Source of the DNA: an uncultured delta proteobacterium | GTDB lineage: Bacteria; Desulfobacterota; Desulfobacteria; Desulfobacterales; B30-G6 | DNA length: 64,000 bases | Assembly (NCBI GenBank): GCA_963823335.1 | Contig: CAWGLD010000004.1 | Span: 4,382-68,381 of the forward strand | Direction of reading: 5' to 3' | Shown here: piece after piece, positions 10,423 through 20,197 of the stretch | Position numbering within the stretch: position 1 is the stretch's first letter | How the letters are laid out: each line of letters opens with the position of its first letter | Program-made: the position numbers and the translations under genes | Notes under the pieces: model-generated | What the model was told of the DNA's origin: nothing | The model's input: the letters and a program-made list of their open reading frames with translations, nothing else | Databases searched by the model: none

Positions 10423-10812
10423 ATGAAAAAAGCAAAGATCGCTTTCTGGTTGATCCTTTTAGGTTTTATTGCTTTGCTGTCCTATCAAAACTGGGATTTT
10501 TTCATGTCCGAGCATCGCCTTAGATTAGACCTGTTTGTGACGGACGAGTTCAGCACTCCGAACTTGCAAAACGCCATTCTCTTTCTAATTTTTTTCTTCC
10601 TTGGTCTTCTTGTCTCTTATTTCATCACCCTGGTTGAGCGCTTCAAATCAAGAAAAACCATCAAAATGTTAAATACCGCCCTGGAAATGAATCAGAAACA
10701 AATGGATGAATTAAAGAAAGAAATCCTGCTGTTTAAGGGTGAAACACCTCCCATTGCCAACCCCGATGTCACCACAGACCAAACTGAAGTCAAGGATTCT
10801 GATGTTTCATGA
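10423..10812 (+). CDS. Small two-TM membrane protein (LapA/DUF1049-like)
   Basis: ATG 10423 is preceded by GGGAGA. Two hydrophobic helices followed by a coiled, charged tail. Confidence 0.5.
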   Translation: MKKAKIAFWLILLGFIALLSYQNWDFFMSEHRLRLDLFVTDEFSTPNLQNAILFLIFFFLGLLVSYFITLVERFKSRKTIKMLNTALEMNQKQMDELKKEILLFKGETPPIANPDVTTDQTEVKDSDVS

Positions 10813-13469
10813 ACCCTTCTAGCGCTACCCCGATGATACAACAGTATCTGGCGGTCAAAGAAGAATACCCGGATGCCATCCTTTTATATCGAATGGGTGA
10901 TTTTTTCGAAATGTTCTTCGAGGATGCTGAAAAAGCATCCAGACTTCTGGATATCACTCTGACTTCGCGAAACAAGAAAGCAGACACCCCCATACCCATG
11001 TGTGGCGTACCACACCGCGCGGTTCAAGGCTACATCGCACGATTAATTGAAAAGGGCTACAAAGTCGCCATATGTGACCAGGTGGAGGATCCAAGTACGG
11101 CCAAAGGACTCGTGAAACGTGAAGTTGTTCGTGTCGTCACACCGGGGATGATTCTTGAAAATGAATTGTTAGACGAAAAATCAAACAATTATGTTCTTTC
11201 CGCAATATTCGAAAACAATCGGATCGGTTTATCTTATCTCGACATTTCCACGGGTACTTTTCGCATGATGGAAACCGGTGACATAGGGGCTGTCATCGAA
11301 GAAACCTTTCGTGTTTCACCCAGTGAAGTCATTCTTCCACCGCAGGAAGCTGTCGATCCTGATCTTGCTCGCTACCTCGAGGCCGTAAAAGAATTCCACC
11401 CCACCATTCTTGAAGCAAAAGCTTTTGAATACAGACCAGCCAGGGACCGTCTGCTCAAATCATTCGGAACTGTTTCTCTCGAAGGCTTTGGCTGTGAGAA
11501 GCTGCGGCAGGGCGTTCGTGCCGCCGGTGCACTGGTATTTTATGTTCAGCAGACCCAGAAACAGAAACTTGAACACATACGTCACATCGAGGTCTACAGT
11601 CTTGACAGTTACCTGTTCATGGATGACCAGTCTTATCAGAATCTAGAGGTTGAAAAGAACCTGCATTCCAGGACCCGTAAGGGCTCTTTGCTCAATACCA
11701 TGGACATGACCATGACCGCCATGGGCAGCCGTATGCTGAAACAGTGGCTGCGTTACCCCCTGACGGATCCAACACAGATCATATCTCGGTTTGACGCGCT
11801 TGACGAGTCCAGAAACCAGTATCAATCCACACGTGAGATACGTGATCACCTGCACAGGATTTACGATATTGAACGCCTGAGGAGTAAAATTTCCATGGGG
11901 CACGCCAATGCCCGGGATCTCCTGTCTTTGAAACAGTCGTTGCAAAATCTGCCGACCATCAGCGGCCTTCTCGCTACATTCCAGTCACCGCTGTTTGAGC
12001 TGTCTTTCGACCTGCAATCTTTAGAATCGATTGCCCGGCATATTGAACAGGCCATCCGGGAAGATGCGCCGCCCACACTCCATGAGGGTGGTATTGTCAG
12101 GGAAGGTTTCGACCCGGCTTTGGACGAACTCATACAGATCACCCGCGAAGGAAAAAGCTGGTTGGTAAACCTGGAAAAACAGGAAAGGGAGCGCACAGGC
12201 ATCACGGCCTTGAAAGTGCGTTACAACAAGGTCTTTGGCTATTATCTTGAAATTCCAAAAACACGTTTGAATGCCGTTCCAGCCCACTACATTCGAAAAC
12301 AGACTCTTGTAAACGCCGAGCGTTTCATTACCGAAGAGCTGAAAACATTTGAAGATAAAGTGATTGGTGCCGAAGACAAACGTGCTGAAATGGAGTTCGA
12401 AATATTGAACACCATCAAAGCACTGGTCATCGGAAAAAATGACGACCTGGAGACAGCGGGAGCTTTTCTGGCGCGTCTTGACTGTCTTCTTACCCTAGCT
12501 GTTCTTTCCCTGGAAAACAATTACACAAGACCCGATATCAACACAGAAGGTCTCTTGCATATCCAAGATGGCCGGCATCCTGTCATAGAAAAAATGATCG
12601 CAGGGGAAAGATTCGTTCCCAATACCCTGTCCATGGATAATCACCAAAACCAGGTTCTCATTATCACGGGACCCAATATGGCAGGCAAATCGACAATTCT
12701 ACGCCAAGTGGCTCTGACGGTCCTGATGGCACAGATGGGTTCTTTTGTCCCGGCAAAAAAAGCTTCCATCAGTGTGACGGATCGCATTTTTACGCGGGTT
12801 GGTGCGCTGGACAACCTGGCACAGGGTCAGAGTACCTTTTTGGTTGAAATGCAGGAAACAGCCAACATTCTCAACAATGCGTCGAGTGCGAGTCTGGTGA
12901 TCATGGACGAAATAGGACGCGGCACAAGTACATTCGATGGGTTAAGTATTGCATGGGCGGTAGCGGAGTTTCTGCACGACATCCACGGAACCGGAGTTAA
13001 AACACTTTTTGCCACTCACTACCACGAACTGACAGAGTTGGCCAAGGATAAGGAACGGGTAAAAAATTTCAATATCACCGTTAAAGAGTGGAATGATGAG
13101 ATTATTTTTCTGCGGAAGCTGGTGGAAGGTGGAACCAACCGCAGTTATGGCATTCAAGTTGCGAGACTCGCCGGAATACCCAGGACAGTGATTCAGCGCG
13201 CAACACGAATCCTTGCCGATATTGAAAGCAATAGCCCCACACTTCCACGTATGCGGGACCGGCGCAGGCCGACTGGAGGAGAACAGCCATCTCAGGTTCA
13301 ACTGGAGCTATTTAAAGGATATGACGATATTGTCATCAAGGAGATTCAAGCGTTGGATACGGCCCGTATGACACCGCTGGATGCACTCAATTTTCTCCAT
13401 TCGATACAGGATAAAATAAAGCCGAGACCGTTCGGGCATGACAGCGAAGCTCTACCTAAAAGGAATTGA
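10809..13469 (+). CDS. mutS: DNA mismatch repair protein MutS
   Basis: N-terminal TPMIQQYL..K......LLYRMGDFFEMF. Walker A GPNMAGKST. DEIGRGTSTFDG. 886 aa. Confidence 0.97.
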   Translation: MNPSSATPMIQQYLAVKEEYPDAILLYRMGDFFEMFFEDAEKASRLLDITLTSRNKKADTPIPMCGVPHRAVQGYIARLIEKGYKVAICDQVEDPSTAKGLVKREVVRVVTPGMILENELLDEKSNNYVLSAIFENNRIGLSYLDISTGTFRMMETGDIGAVIEETFRVSPSEVILPPQEAVDPDLARYLEAVKEFHPTILEAKAFEYRPARDRLLKSFGTVSLEGFGCEKLRQGVRAAGALVFYVQQTQKQKLEHIRHIEVYSLDSYLFMDDQSYQNLEVEKNLHSRTRKGSLLNTMDMTMTAMGSRMLKQWLRYPLTDPTQIISRFDALDESRNQYQSTREIRDHLHRIYDIERLRSKISMGHANARDLLSLKQSLQNLPTISGLLATFQSPLFELSFDLQSLESIARHIEQAIREDAPPTLHEGGIVREGFDPALDELIQITREGKSWLVNLEKQERERTGITALKVRYNKVFGYYLEIPKTRLNAVPAHYIRKQTLVNAERFITEELKTFEDKVIGAEDKRAEMEFEILNTIKALVIGKNDDLETAGAFLARLDCLLTLAVLSLENNYTRPDINTEGLLHIQDGRHPVIEKMIAGERFVPNTLSMDNHQNQVLIITGPNMAGKSTILRQVALTVLMAQMGSFVPAKKASISVTDRIFTRVGALDNLAQGQSTFLVEMQETANILNNASSASLVIMDEIGRGTSTFDGLSIAWAVAEFLHDIHGTGVKTLFATHYHELTELAKDKERVKNFNITVKEWNDEIIFLRKLVEGGTNRSYGIQVARLAGIPRTVIQRATRILADIESNSPTLPRMRDRRRPTGGEQPSQVQLELFKGYDDIVIKEIQALDTARMTPLDALNFLHSIQDKIKPRPFGHDSEALPKRN

Positions 13470-13472
13470 ACC

Positions 13473-15512
13473 TTGCAGTATTTTTTGCAGAAACATCTGA
13501 GTCCTAAAACAAGCCACCTGTATCTGATCGTGGTCCTGTTGCTCATCAGCCTTGCAATCGGACTCTGCTCATCCGATATCGCCTTGGCCAAAACAGCCAA
13601 ACACACATATATTGAAGCAAACAAGAAATATGCTTACCTGAAAAAAAACCCGAGGCTTCAGAAGTATCGGGATAAATGGTTTGCATGCATTGATCTGTTC
13701 AAGGACGTCTACCGAAAAGATCCTGATGGCCCCTGGGCAGCCGCCGGTATGTACAAGACCGGAGAACTCTATTACGAACTATACAAAATATCTTACAAGC
13801 CCTCCGATAAAACAGAGGCACTCGACACATTTCAACGCATCGTGAAACGATACCCGAACAGCCGATACAACCCAAAAGCCAAGGCCTTCATTGCCGCCGT
13901 CAATGGCAAGGTCGAACCGCCTCCGCAAAACAACTCCACTAACCAGGCCCAGCTCTTGAAGGATGCGGAAAATTGCTATCAGCATCTTCTCCGCAACACC
14001 TCATTGCAAAAATACCGAGACCGATGGCTCTCTTGTATCGACAAATACAAGGCAGCTCACTCCGCCGATCCCAATGGCCCCCATGCAGCGGAAGCCATGT
14101 ATCATTCCGGTGTATTGACTCACGAGCTCTACAAGCGATCTTTTGCATCTTTTGACAAGGCCAACACCCTGACACTGTTCAACAAAACGCTCCAGTCCTA
14201 TCCTGACAGTTCGTATGCTCGTGAAGCTGAAAAATATATTGCAGCCATTACAGGAAAGCCCGCAGAAACCGACCCCGCCGATGCCATCCAGCAGGTCATC
14301 GCTGAATCAGAGGCATCACCACCAGAGGACTTGCAAACCGTCACATTGGATAGCGGGTCTCACACCCTGATTCAGGGGCTGCGTCATTGGTCCAATCCGA
14401 GTTACACACGAATCGTCATCGATGCAAACAGGGAGACATCCTACCAGCATAGGCTTTTGAATCAAGACCCTTCCATCAACAAACCCAAACGACTCTATGT
14501 GGATCTCGATCAAAGCCGCCTCGGTGAAGACTTTGAAAAAGTTGTGCCCATCAACGACGACCTGCTCAGCAATGTGCGCGCAGGTCAATACACCAGCGAG
14601 TCCGTCAGGGTTGTCGTCGATATCAAGTCATTCAAGACATATAAGATTTTTTCATTACGCAACCCGTTCAGAATCGTCATCGATGTTTGGGGAATTGCCA
14701 CCGCTTCCAGCCCGCCGGCGGCAACCACCAAGGATATTTATCAGGATACGGCTAAAATTTCACCAAGCGCTCTGGCCAAGCAACTGGCGCTCGGTGTCAG
14801 CAATATTGTCATCGATCCTGGACATGGTGGACGGGATTATGGTGCCCCTGGATATTACAAGGGCGTCCACGAAAAAAAGATAGCCCTTGAACTCGCAAAA
14901 AAATTAGCCCAAAAAATTCGAACTGAACTTGCCTGTAACGTCTTCCTGACAAGGGAAACAGACAAGTACCTCACCCTGGAAGAAAGAACCGCAATCGCCA
15001 ACACGAAGAATGCGGACCTATTTATCTCCATTCATACAAATTCGGCTAAAGATCGAAGAGCCTTTGGCCTCGAAACGTATTTCCTGAATCTGGCAACGGA
15101 TAATGAGGCCATTCGTGTGGCAGCATTTGAGAATGCGACTTCGGAAAAAAACATCAGTGACCTTCAGACCATTCTGACAGACCTCATGCAGAATGCAAAG
15201 ATTAACGAGTCGAGTCGTCTGGCCGCACATGTGCAAAGCGAGTTGTCCCAACACCTGAAAAAATCATATAGCAAGATAAAAAGCAAAGGTATCAAGCAGG
15301 CACCCTTTTATGTATTACTCGGTGCCCAGATGCCGGCCATATTGATTGAAACGTCCTTTATCAGCAATCCACGCGAATGCAAGCGTTTATCGGACAGCCA
15401 CTACCAGACCAAGTTATGCGAGGGCATCGTCAACGGCATACGGGAGTATATCAAAGAAACCAACCCAACTGCATTGTTGAAAATCTCCCCCAAAACAAAA
15501 GTGAAAGGTTGA
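13473..15512 (+). CDS. N-acetylmuramoyl-L-alanine amidase (AmiC-like) with YbgF/TPR-like repeats and AMIN domain
   Basis: Amidase_3 motifs VIDPGHGGRDYGA and ISIHTNS. An AMIN-like segment (TRIVIDA...VVVDI) and a duplicated N-terminal repeat (LQKYRD.W..CID). Confidence 0.85.
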   Translation: MQYFLQKHLSPKTSHLYLIVVLLLISLAIGLCSSDIALAKTAKHTYIEANKKYAYLKKNPRLQKYRDKWFACIDLFKDVYRKDPDGPWAAAGMYKTGELYYELYKISYKPSDKTEALDTFQRIVKRYPNSRYNPKAKAFIAAVNGKVEPPPQNNSTNQAQLLKDAENCYQHLLRNTSLQKYRDRWLSCIDKYKAAHSADPNGPHAAEAMYHSGVLTHELYKRSFASFDKANTLTLFNKTLQSYPDSSYAREAEKYIAAITGKPAETDPADAIQQVIAESEASPPEDLQTVTLDSGSHTLIQGLRHWSNPSYTRIVIDANRETSYQHRLLNQDPSINKPKRLYVDLDQSRLGEDFEKVVPINDDLLSNVRAGQYTSESVRVVVDIKSFKTYKIFSLRNPFRIVIDVWGIATASSPPAATTKDIYQDTAKISPSALAKQLALGVSNIVIDPGHGGRDYGAPGYYKGVHEKKIALELAKKLAQKIRTELACNVFLTRETDKYLTLEERTAIANTKNADLFISIHTNSAKDRRAFGLETYFLNLATDNEAIRVAAFENATSEKNISDLQTILTDLMQNAKINESSRLAAHVQSELSQHLKKSYSKIKSKGIKQAPFYVLLGAQMPAILIETSFISNPRECKRLSDSHYQTKLCEGIVNGIREYIKETNPTALLKISPKTKVKG

Positions 15513-15522
15513 TGGGTTCCCC

Positions 15523-16422
15523 ATGATCTCCCTCATCCATAACGATGCAGCCAGGATACATCCTTATTTCATATTGATCAGTGGCATACTGGCGATTTCC
15601 ACAGGGGCCGTCTTTGTGCGCATGGCCGATGCACCCTCCCTGGTAATTGCCGCCTATCGCGTCGGGCTTGCTTCACTGCTGCTTGTGCCAATAGCATGCT
15701 GGAAAACCCGCAACGAGTTACGCGGTCTTTCTTCGAAAGACCTTAAAACGGCTTTCCTGGCCGGTGCTTTTCTGGCCCTGCATTTTGCTACATGGATTTC
15801 CTCTCTAGAGTTTACAGCCATCTCCAACAGCGTTGTTCTCGTCAGCACAAGCCCTCTATGGGTGGGGATCCTTGCGCCGCTCTTCATCAAGGAAAAAATA
15901 AAGCCCATGACCCTGTTAGGCATCCTTTTGAGCATTATCGGTTGTGTTATCATCGGGTCCGGGGATTTTGCCACTGGAGGAAGGGCACTCTGGGGAGACT
16001 TTTTGGCACTGATGGGCGGTCTTTGCGCTGCCGGGTATCTCATCCTGGGTAAAGCACTCCGCCAAAAACTTTCCCTGCTCGTTTATGTCTCTCTATGCTA
16101 CGGCAGTGCCGCCATTATTCTCTGGGCCGTGGTTCTGGTGATGGGCTTTCGGGTTTCAGGATTCAGCAACCAGACGATTGGGGCCATCTGGGCCATGGCA
16201 TTGATTTCACAAATTATCGGGCACAGCTGTTATAACTGGGCCTTACGATATTGCCGCACCACCTTGGTTGCCTTGAGCTTTCTGGGTGAACCGGTTGGCA
16301 GCACAATCCTGGCATATTTTATTTTCCGTGAAGAACTGACACTCACAAAAGCCGTCGGTGGACTCATTATTTTAGGTGCCATCTACCTGGCAGCCAGAAG
16401 TGAATCTGTTGCGGGAGAATAG
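15523..16422 (+). CDS. EamA/DMT-family transporter
   Basis: 299 aa with about 10 hydrophobic helices arranged as two EamA-like halves. Confidence 0.85.
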   Translation: MISLIHNDAARIHPYFILISGILAISTGAVFVRMADAPSLVIAAYRVGLASLLLVPIACWKTRNELRGLSSKDLKTAFLAGAFLALHFATWISSLEFTAISNSVVLVSTSPLWVGILAPLFIKEKIKPMTLLGILLSIIGCVIIGSGDFATGGRALWGDFLALMGGLCAAGYLILGKALRQKLSLLVYVSLCYGSAAIILWAVVLVMGFRVSGFSNQTIGAIWAMALISQIIGHSCYNWALRYCRTTLVALSFLGEPVGSTILAYFIFREELTLTKAVGGLIILGAIYLAARSESVAGE

Positions 16423-16458
16423 AAATTGACAAAAACTATATGTACGGAGGAACAAACT

Positions 16459-17250
16459 ATGGCATATGAGCACATTATTTTTGAAATCGAATCAGTATTG
16501 GCCACCATAACCTTTAACAGACCCAGGGCAATGAATGCGTTAAACAATGCCCTCATCGAAGAATTTTCCATGGCCCTCGACACGATCGCTTCCAATGAGG
16601 ATATCCGGGTGCTGATACTCACTGGGGCAGGTGATAAATCCTTCGTAGCCGGAGCTGACATCAATGAACTGGCCACATTTAACCCGCTTGAAGCAAAATT
16701 GTTCAGCAAGAATGGCCACCAGGCCATTCACAAACTCCAGACCCTGCCAATCCCGGTCATTGCCGCAGTTAATGGCTTTGCACTGGGGGGCGGAAGCGAG
16801 ATCGCGCTGGCTTGTGACTTTATTTATGCGTCCAAGAATGCAAAATTCGGTCTACCCGAAATTACGCTCGGTATCATACCTGGTTTCGGCGGGACCCAGC
16901 GACTTCCGAGGCTTATCGGTAAAAACTTGGCCAAAGAGCTTATTTTCAGCGGAAAGATGATCAATGCCGAGGAAGCCAAGCAGATGGGTATCGTTAACCA
17001 GGTCCACGAAGCAGAATCCCTGATGGAAGCAGTTCATACAACAGCCAACATGATTGCAACCAAAGGAAAGACGTCTCTTCGTGCAGCAAAGGAAGCCATA
17101 AACAGAGGCATGGACGTCGATCTTCATACAGGTTGCCAAATGGAAATCGATGCGTTTGCTCTGTGTATGGCAAGTGCGGATGCAAAAGAGGGTACCCATG
17201 CGTTTCTTGAAAAGCGTAAAGCACTTTTCAAGGGGTCCTTGACCGGATAA
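16459..17250 (+). CDS. Enoyl-CoA hydratase (crotonase family)
   Basis: AAVNGFALGGGSEIALACDFIYAS and LPEITLGIIPGFGGTQRL. ATG 16459 is preceded by GGAGG. Confidence 0.9.
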   Translation: MAYEHIIFEIESVLATITFNRPRAMNALNNALIEEFSMALDTIASNEDIRVLILTGAGDKSFVAGADINELATFNPLEAKLFSKNGHQAIHKLQTLPIPVIAAVNGFALGGGSEIALACDFIYASKNAKFGLPEITLGIIPGFGGTQRLPRLIGKNLAKELIFSGKMINAEEAKQMGIVNQVHEAESLMEAVHTTANMIATKGKTSLRAAKEAINRGMDVDLHTGCQMEIDAFALCMASADAKEGTHAFLEKRKALFKGSLTG

Positions 17251-17326
17251 TTATTTGACACAACACGCAATTTTGCGCTACAGTGGCCCTGTTTCCAACA
17301 ATGTCACGCACCATTGAAAGTTTTTT

Positions 17327-17398
17327 TCGCAACAATTTGCGAGGAATGTTCTGCCGTCCGGCAGTGCTTCGCAGCGACCGCAAGGAATTCTGTCTAAC
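17327..17398 (+). repeat. Palindromic module family E, copy E1 (partial)
   Basis: GAGGAATGTTCTGCCGTCCGGCAGTGCTTCGCAGCGACCGCAAGGAATTCTGTCTAA matches 27935-27990 and 41381-41436, with a compensatory hairpin change. Confidence 0.85.
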
Positions 17399-17402
17399 TC
17401 AG

Positions 17403-17654
17403 ATGCCAAAAAGAAACTCGCCACTACAGTTGAGGTGGGGAATATTGCTGCTTCTTGCAGGTCTGGGTGTTTTTTTTATGACACCCCAGAAAATGCAAGA
17501 GATTGAAAAGATAGAGCACTTTTCTTCATATATTCCTTTTATCTGGTTCTGTTTTTACTTTATGAGCATTCTGCTCATCGGCGGCGGGGTCAAAAAAATC
17601 TATCATAATTGTCGGCGCTCTGAGAATTCGAATGAAGCCGAAAACCAAAAATGA
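17403..17654 (+). CDS. Small membrane protein (hypothetical)
   Basis: The track ORF (17283) begins inside repeat E1. ATG 17403 yields an 83-aa protein with two TM helices. Confidence 0.35.
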   Translation: MPKRNSPLQLRWGILLLLAGLGVFFMTPQKMQEIEKIEHFSSYIPFIWFCFYFMSILLIGGGVKKIYHNCRRSENSNEAENQK

Positions 17655-17699
17655 AATCGTAACATGATTTTATGAAACAAAAGGGTAACGGGTAACCCC

Positions 17700-19997
17700 A
17701 TGGCAAATAGTGTAGATGCATCAACACAGGATGTCCAGAATCTCAAGACCGAAGTGGAATATCGCACCAAACTTCAGGAGATCGGGAACAAGCTGAACTC
17801 AGCCATAAATCTGGATGAAATCTTCATTGATCTTCAGGACGATGTAACATCACTTTTTGAGGCAAAGCGAATGACGGTGTATGTCGTCGATGGTGTCAAA
17901 AGGGAACTTGTATCACGCTTTAAAACTGGCGATGAGATTTCAGAAATACGTATCCCTGTCTCGAAAAGCAGTATCGCCGGTTACGCTGCTTTTAAACAAA
18001 AGGCCGTCAATATTACAAACGTCTACGACAACGAGGAAATTGCATCCATTGATCCCGATCTGCAGTTCGACAGCAGCTGGGATCAAAAAACCGGCTTTGT
18101 CACCAAGCAGGTCATCGCCCACCCGATCATTTTTCAAAAATACCTTCTGGGAGCGCTCCAGCTCGTAAACAACAAACAAGACCGCCCCTTTACCACCATC
18201 GATGATAAATATCTCGATGAACTGGCCAAGATTTTTGGTATCGCCCTGTACAACCAGAAACGTATCGCCAAAGGCAAAAACACAAAGTTTGACTATCTGT
18301 TGGAAAATCATCTGATCACCCAGAAAGAACTCAACAACGCCATTGCGGATTCTCGTAAAGGAAAACGATCCGTCTCCGATGTCCTGATGAAAGACCTCAA
18401 GATCAAAAAGGGGGAAATCGGAAAATCCCTGAGTCGCTATTACAAGACCCCGTTCATCGAGTACAACGCCAGGATTCCTATCCCGGGCGAACTGCTTTCG
18501 GGGATCAAAATTCCTTTTATGAGAAACAATCATTTCGTTCCAATCCGAATTGAAGAAGGAAAGCTGCTGATAGCCGTCGACAATCCCAATGACCTGCAGA
18601 AAATGGATCAAATAAAGGTCCTGTTTCCCGGGAAACAGATAAAATTCTGCGTTTCCCTCGAGGAAGACATCCTCAGTTTCATCAAGCTCTTTACACAAGA
18701 TGATAAACAGATGGCCGAGATCGATGATATTCTCAGCCAGCTACAGAATGAAGCCGAGGAAATCGAAGAAGCGGAATCCGCCGTTGGAGATGAAGACAGT
18801 GCTGTGGTTCAGGTTGTCAACAAGATTATTATTGACGCCTACAATCGCGGGGCTTCTGATATTCACATTGAACCGTATCCGGGAAAACAGAATACAGAAG
18901 TCCGGATTCGAATCGATGGCGCCTGCACGCTGTATCAAACGATTCCTTTCAGTTACAAGGCCGCAGTGGTTTCACGTATCAAAATCATGTCCGACCTCGA
19001 TATTGCTGAACGAAGAAAACCCCAGGACGGCAAGATAAAATTCAAGAAATATGGCGGCAAGGATATCGAGCTCCGGGTGGCGACCGTTCCCACCCAGGGT
19101 GGTCTCGAAGATATCGTCATGCGTATTCTCGCAGCGGGGGAACCGCTCCCATTGAACAAAATGGGGTTTTCAGAAAGCAACTACGATAACTTTATCAGCA
19201 TCGTGACACAACCGTATGGCATTATCTTTGTCTGCGGGCCAACTGGTTCCGGAAAGACCACCACGCTGCATTCCGCCCTGGGCTACATCAATAAAACTGA
19301 AACCAAAATATGGACAGCCGAAGACCCGGTGGAAATCACACAGCGCGGTCTTCGACAGGTTCAGGTCAAACCCAAGATCGGTTTCGATTTTGCGGCTGCC
19401 ATGCGCGCTTTTTTGAGGGCGGATCCCGATGTCATCATGGTGGGTGAAATGCGGGACAAGGAAACAACCTCCATCGGTATCGAAGCTTCCCTGACAGGCC
19501 ATCTGGTTTTTTCGACCCTGCATACCAACAGCGCGCCGGAAAGCATTACAAGATTACTGGATATGGGCATGGATCCCTTTAATTTTGCCGACGCCATTCT
19601 CGGCATCATGGCCCAGCGTCTGGTTCGAACTCTTTGTAAAGAATGCAAAAAGGCTTACAATCCCTCCAAAGAGGAATATGACGAACTGCTTAGGGAATAC
19701 GGCGAAGAAGAGTTCAACAAAAACGTCAAGATTCCCTTCTCGGACGATCTTACCCTGTACAAAGTAGAAGGGTGCGAAGCCTGTCACAGTACCGGGTATC
19801 GCGGTCGGATGGCACTCCATGAGCTGCTCATGGGTACGGATGAAATGAAGAAATTGATTCAATCAAAAGCACAAATGGAAACTATCCGCAAACAAGCGCT
19901 TTTAGATGGCATGACCACATTGAAACAGGACGGTATTCAAAAAGTGTTTGGCGGGAATGTTGACTTGATGCAAGTAAGAAAGGTTTGTATCAATTAA
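17700..19997 (+). CDS. GspE/PilB-family secretion ATPase with N-terminal GAF and T2SSE_N (MshEN-like) domains
   Basis: Walker A VCGPTGSGKTTTL. MVGEMRD. GHLVFSTLHTN. Tetracysteine CKECKK...CEACHSTGYRGR. The N-terminal roughly 180 aa is GAF-like. Confidence 0.9.
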   Translation: MANSVDASTQDVQNLKTEVEYRTKLQEIGNKLNSAINLDEIFIDLQDDVTSLFEAKRMTVYVVDGVKRELVSRFKTGDEISEIRIPVSKSSIAGYAAFKQKAVNITNVYDNEEIASIDPDLQFDSSWDQKTGFVTKQVIAHPIIFQKYLLGALQLVNNKQDRPFTTIDDKYLDELAKIFGIALYNQKRIAKGKNTKFDYLLENHLITQKELNNAIADSRKGKRSVSDVLMKDLKIKKGEIGKSLSRYYKTPFIEYNARIPIPGELLSGIKIPFMRNNHFVPIRIEEGKLLIAVDNPNDLQKMDQIKVLFPGKQIKFCVSLEEDILSFIKLFTQDDKQMAEIDDILSQLQNEAEEIEEAESAVGDEDSAVVQVVNKIIIDAYNRGASDIHIEPYPGKQNTEVRIRIDGACTLYQTIPFSYKAAVVSRIKIMSDLDIAERRKPQDGKIKFKKYGGKDIELRVATVPTQGGLEDIVMRILAAGEPLPLNKMGFSESNYDNFISIVTQPYGIIFVCGPTGSGKTTTLHSALGYINKTETKIWTAEDPVEITQRGLRQVQVKPKIGFDFAAAMRAFLRADPDVIMVGEMRDKETTSIGIEASLTGHLVFSTLHTNSAPESITRLLDMGMDPFNFADAILGIMAQRLVRTLCKECKKAYNPSKEEYDELLREYGEEEFNKNVKIPFSDDLTLYKVEGCEACHSTGYRGRMALHELLMGTDEMKKLIQSKAQMETIRKQALLDGMTTLKQDGIQKVFGGNVDLMQVRKVCIN

Positions 19998-20001
19998 TAC
20001 A

Positions 20002-20040
20002 GGGTTCAAGGGTCCGAGGGTGATACAAGGGTTCGAGGGT
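20002..20040 (+). repeat. G-tract module, family A copy 2
   Basis: Begins 5 nt after the stop at 19997. Five GGG runs. Confidence 0.85.
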
Positions 20041-20060
20041 GTGTTCTGGGGGAGGGTGAT

Positions 20061-20084
20061 GTAGCGCGGCGCTTTAGCGCTGCA
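20061..20084. repeat. GTAGCGC...GCGCTGCA hairpin module (family F)
   Basis: GTAGCGCGGCGCTTTAGCGCTGCA. A related module, GTAGCGCAGGTCTTCAGACCTGC...CTGCGCTAG, lies at 49340-49380. Confidence 0.6.
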
Positions 20085-20095
20085 TTACTCGTTTT

Positions 20096-20140
20096 CATTC
20101 GATGTTGGATGTTCAGCGTTCGATGTTGGACGTTCATCTT
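20096..20140 (+). repeat. Solo arm of palindrome family D (TCGATGTTGGACGT words)
   Basis: CATTCGATGTTGGATGTTCAGCGTTCGATGTTGGACGTTCATCTT matches the right arm of the complete palindrome at 63474-63513. Confidence 0.8.
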
Positions 20141-20197
20141 CATGATATCATGACAGAAGGCCCTGTCTTCTTTCTCGGACTGATTCCGCCAGAAAAA

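Noticed and set aside
17940-18698. 252-aa minus-strand ORF, and similar long antisense ORFs (45260-45946, 46097-46669, 47678-48376, 62198-62875, 9848-10435)
   Set aside because: Each lies fully inside, and antisense to, a gene with strong family motifs: the GspE ATPase, DHH-CBS, PocR/oleD, oleC, the beta-helix protein and HIT. They have no motifs of their own.
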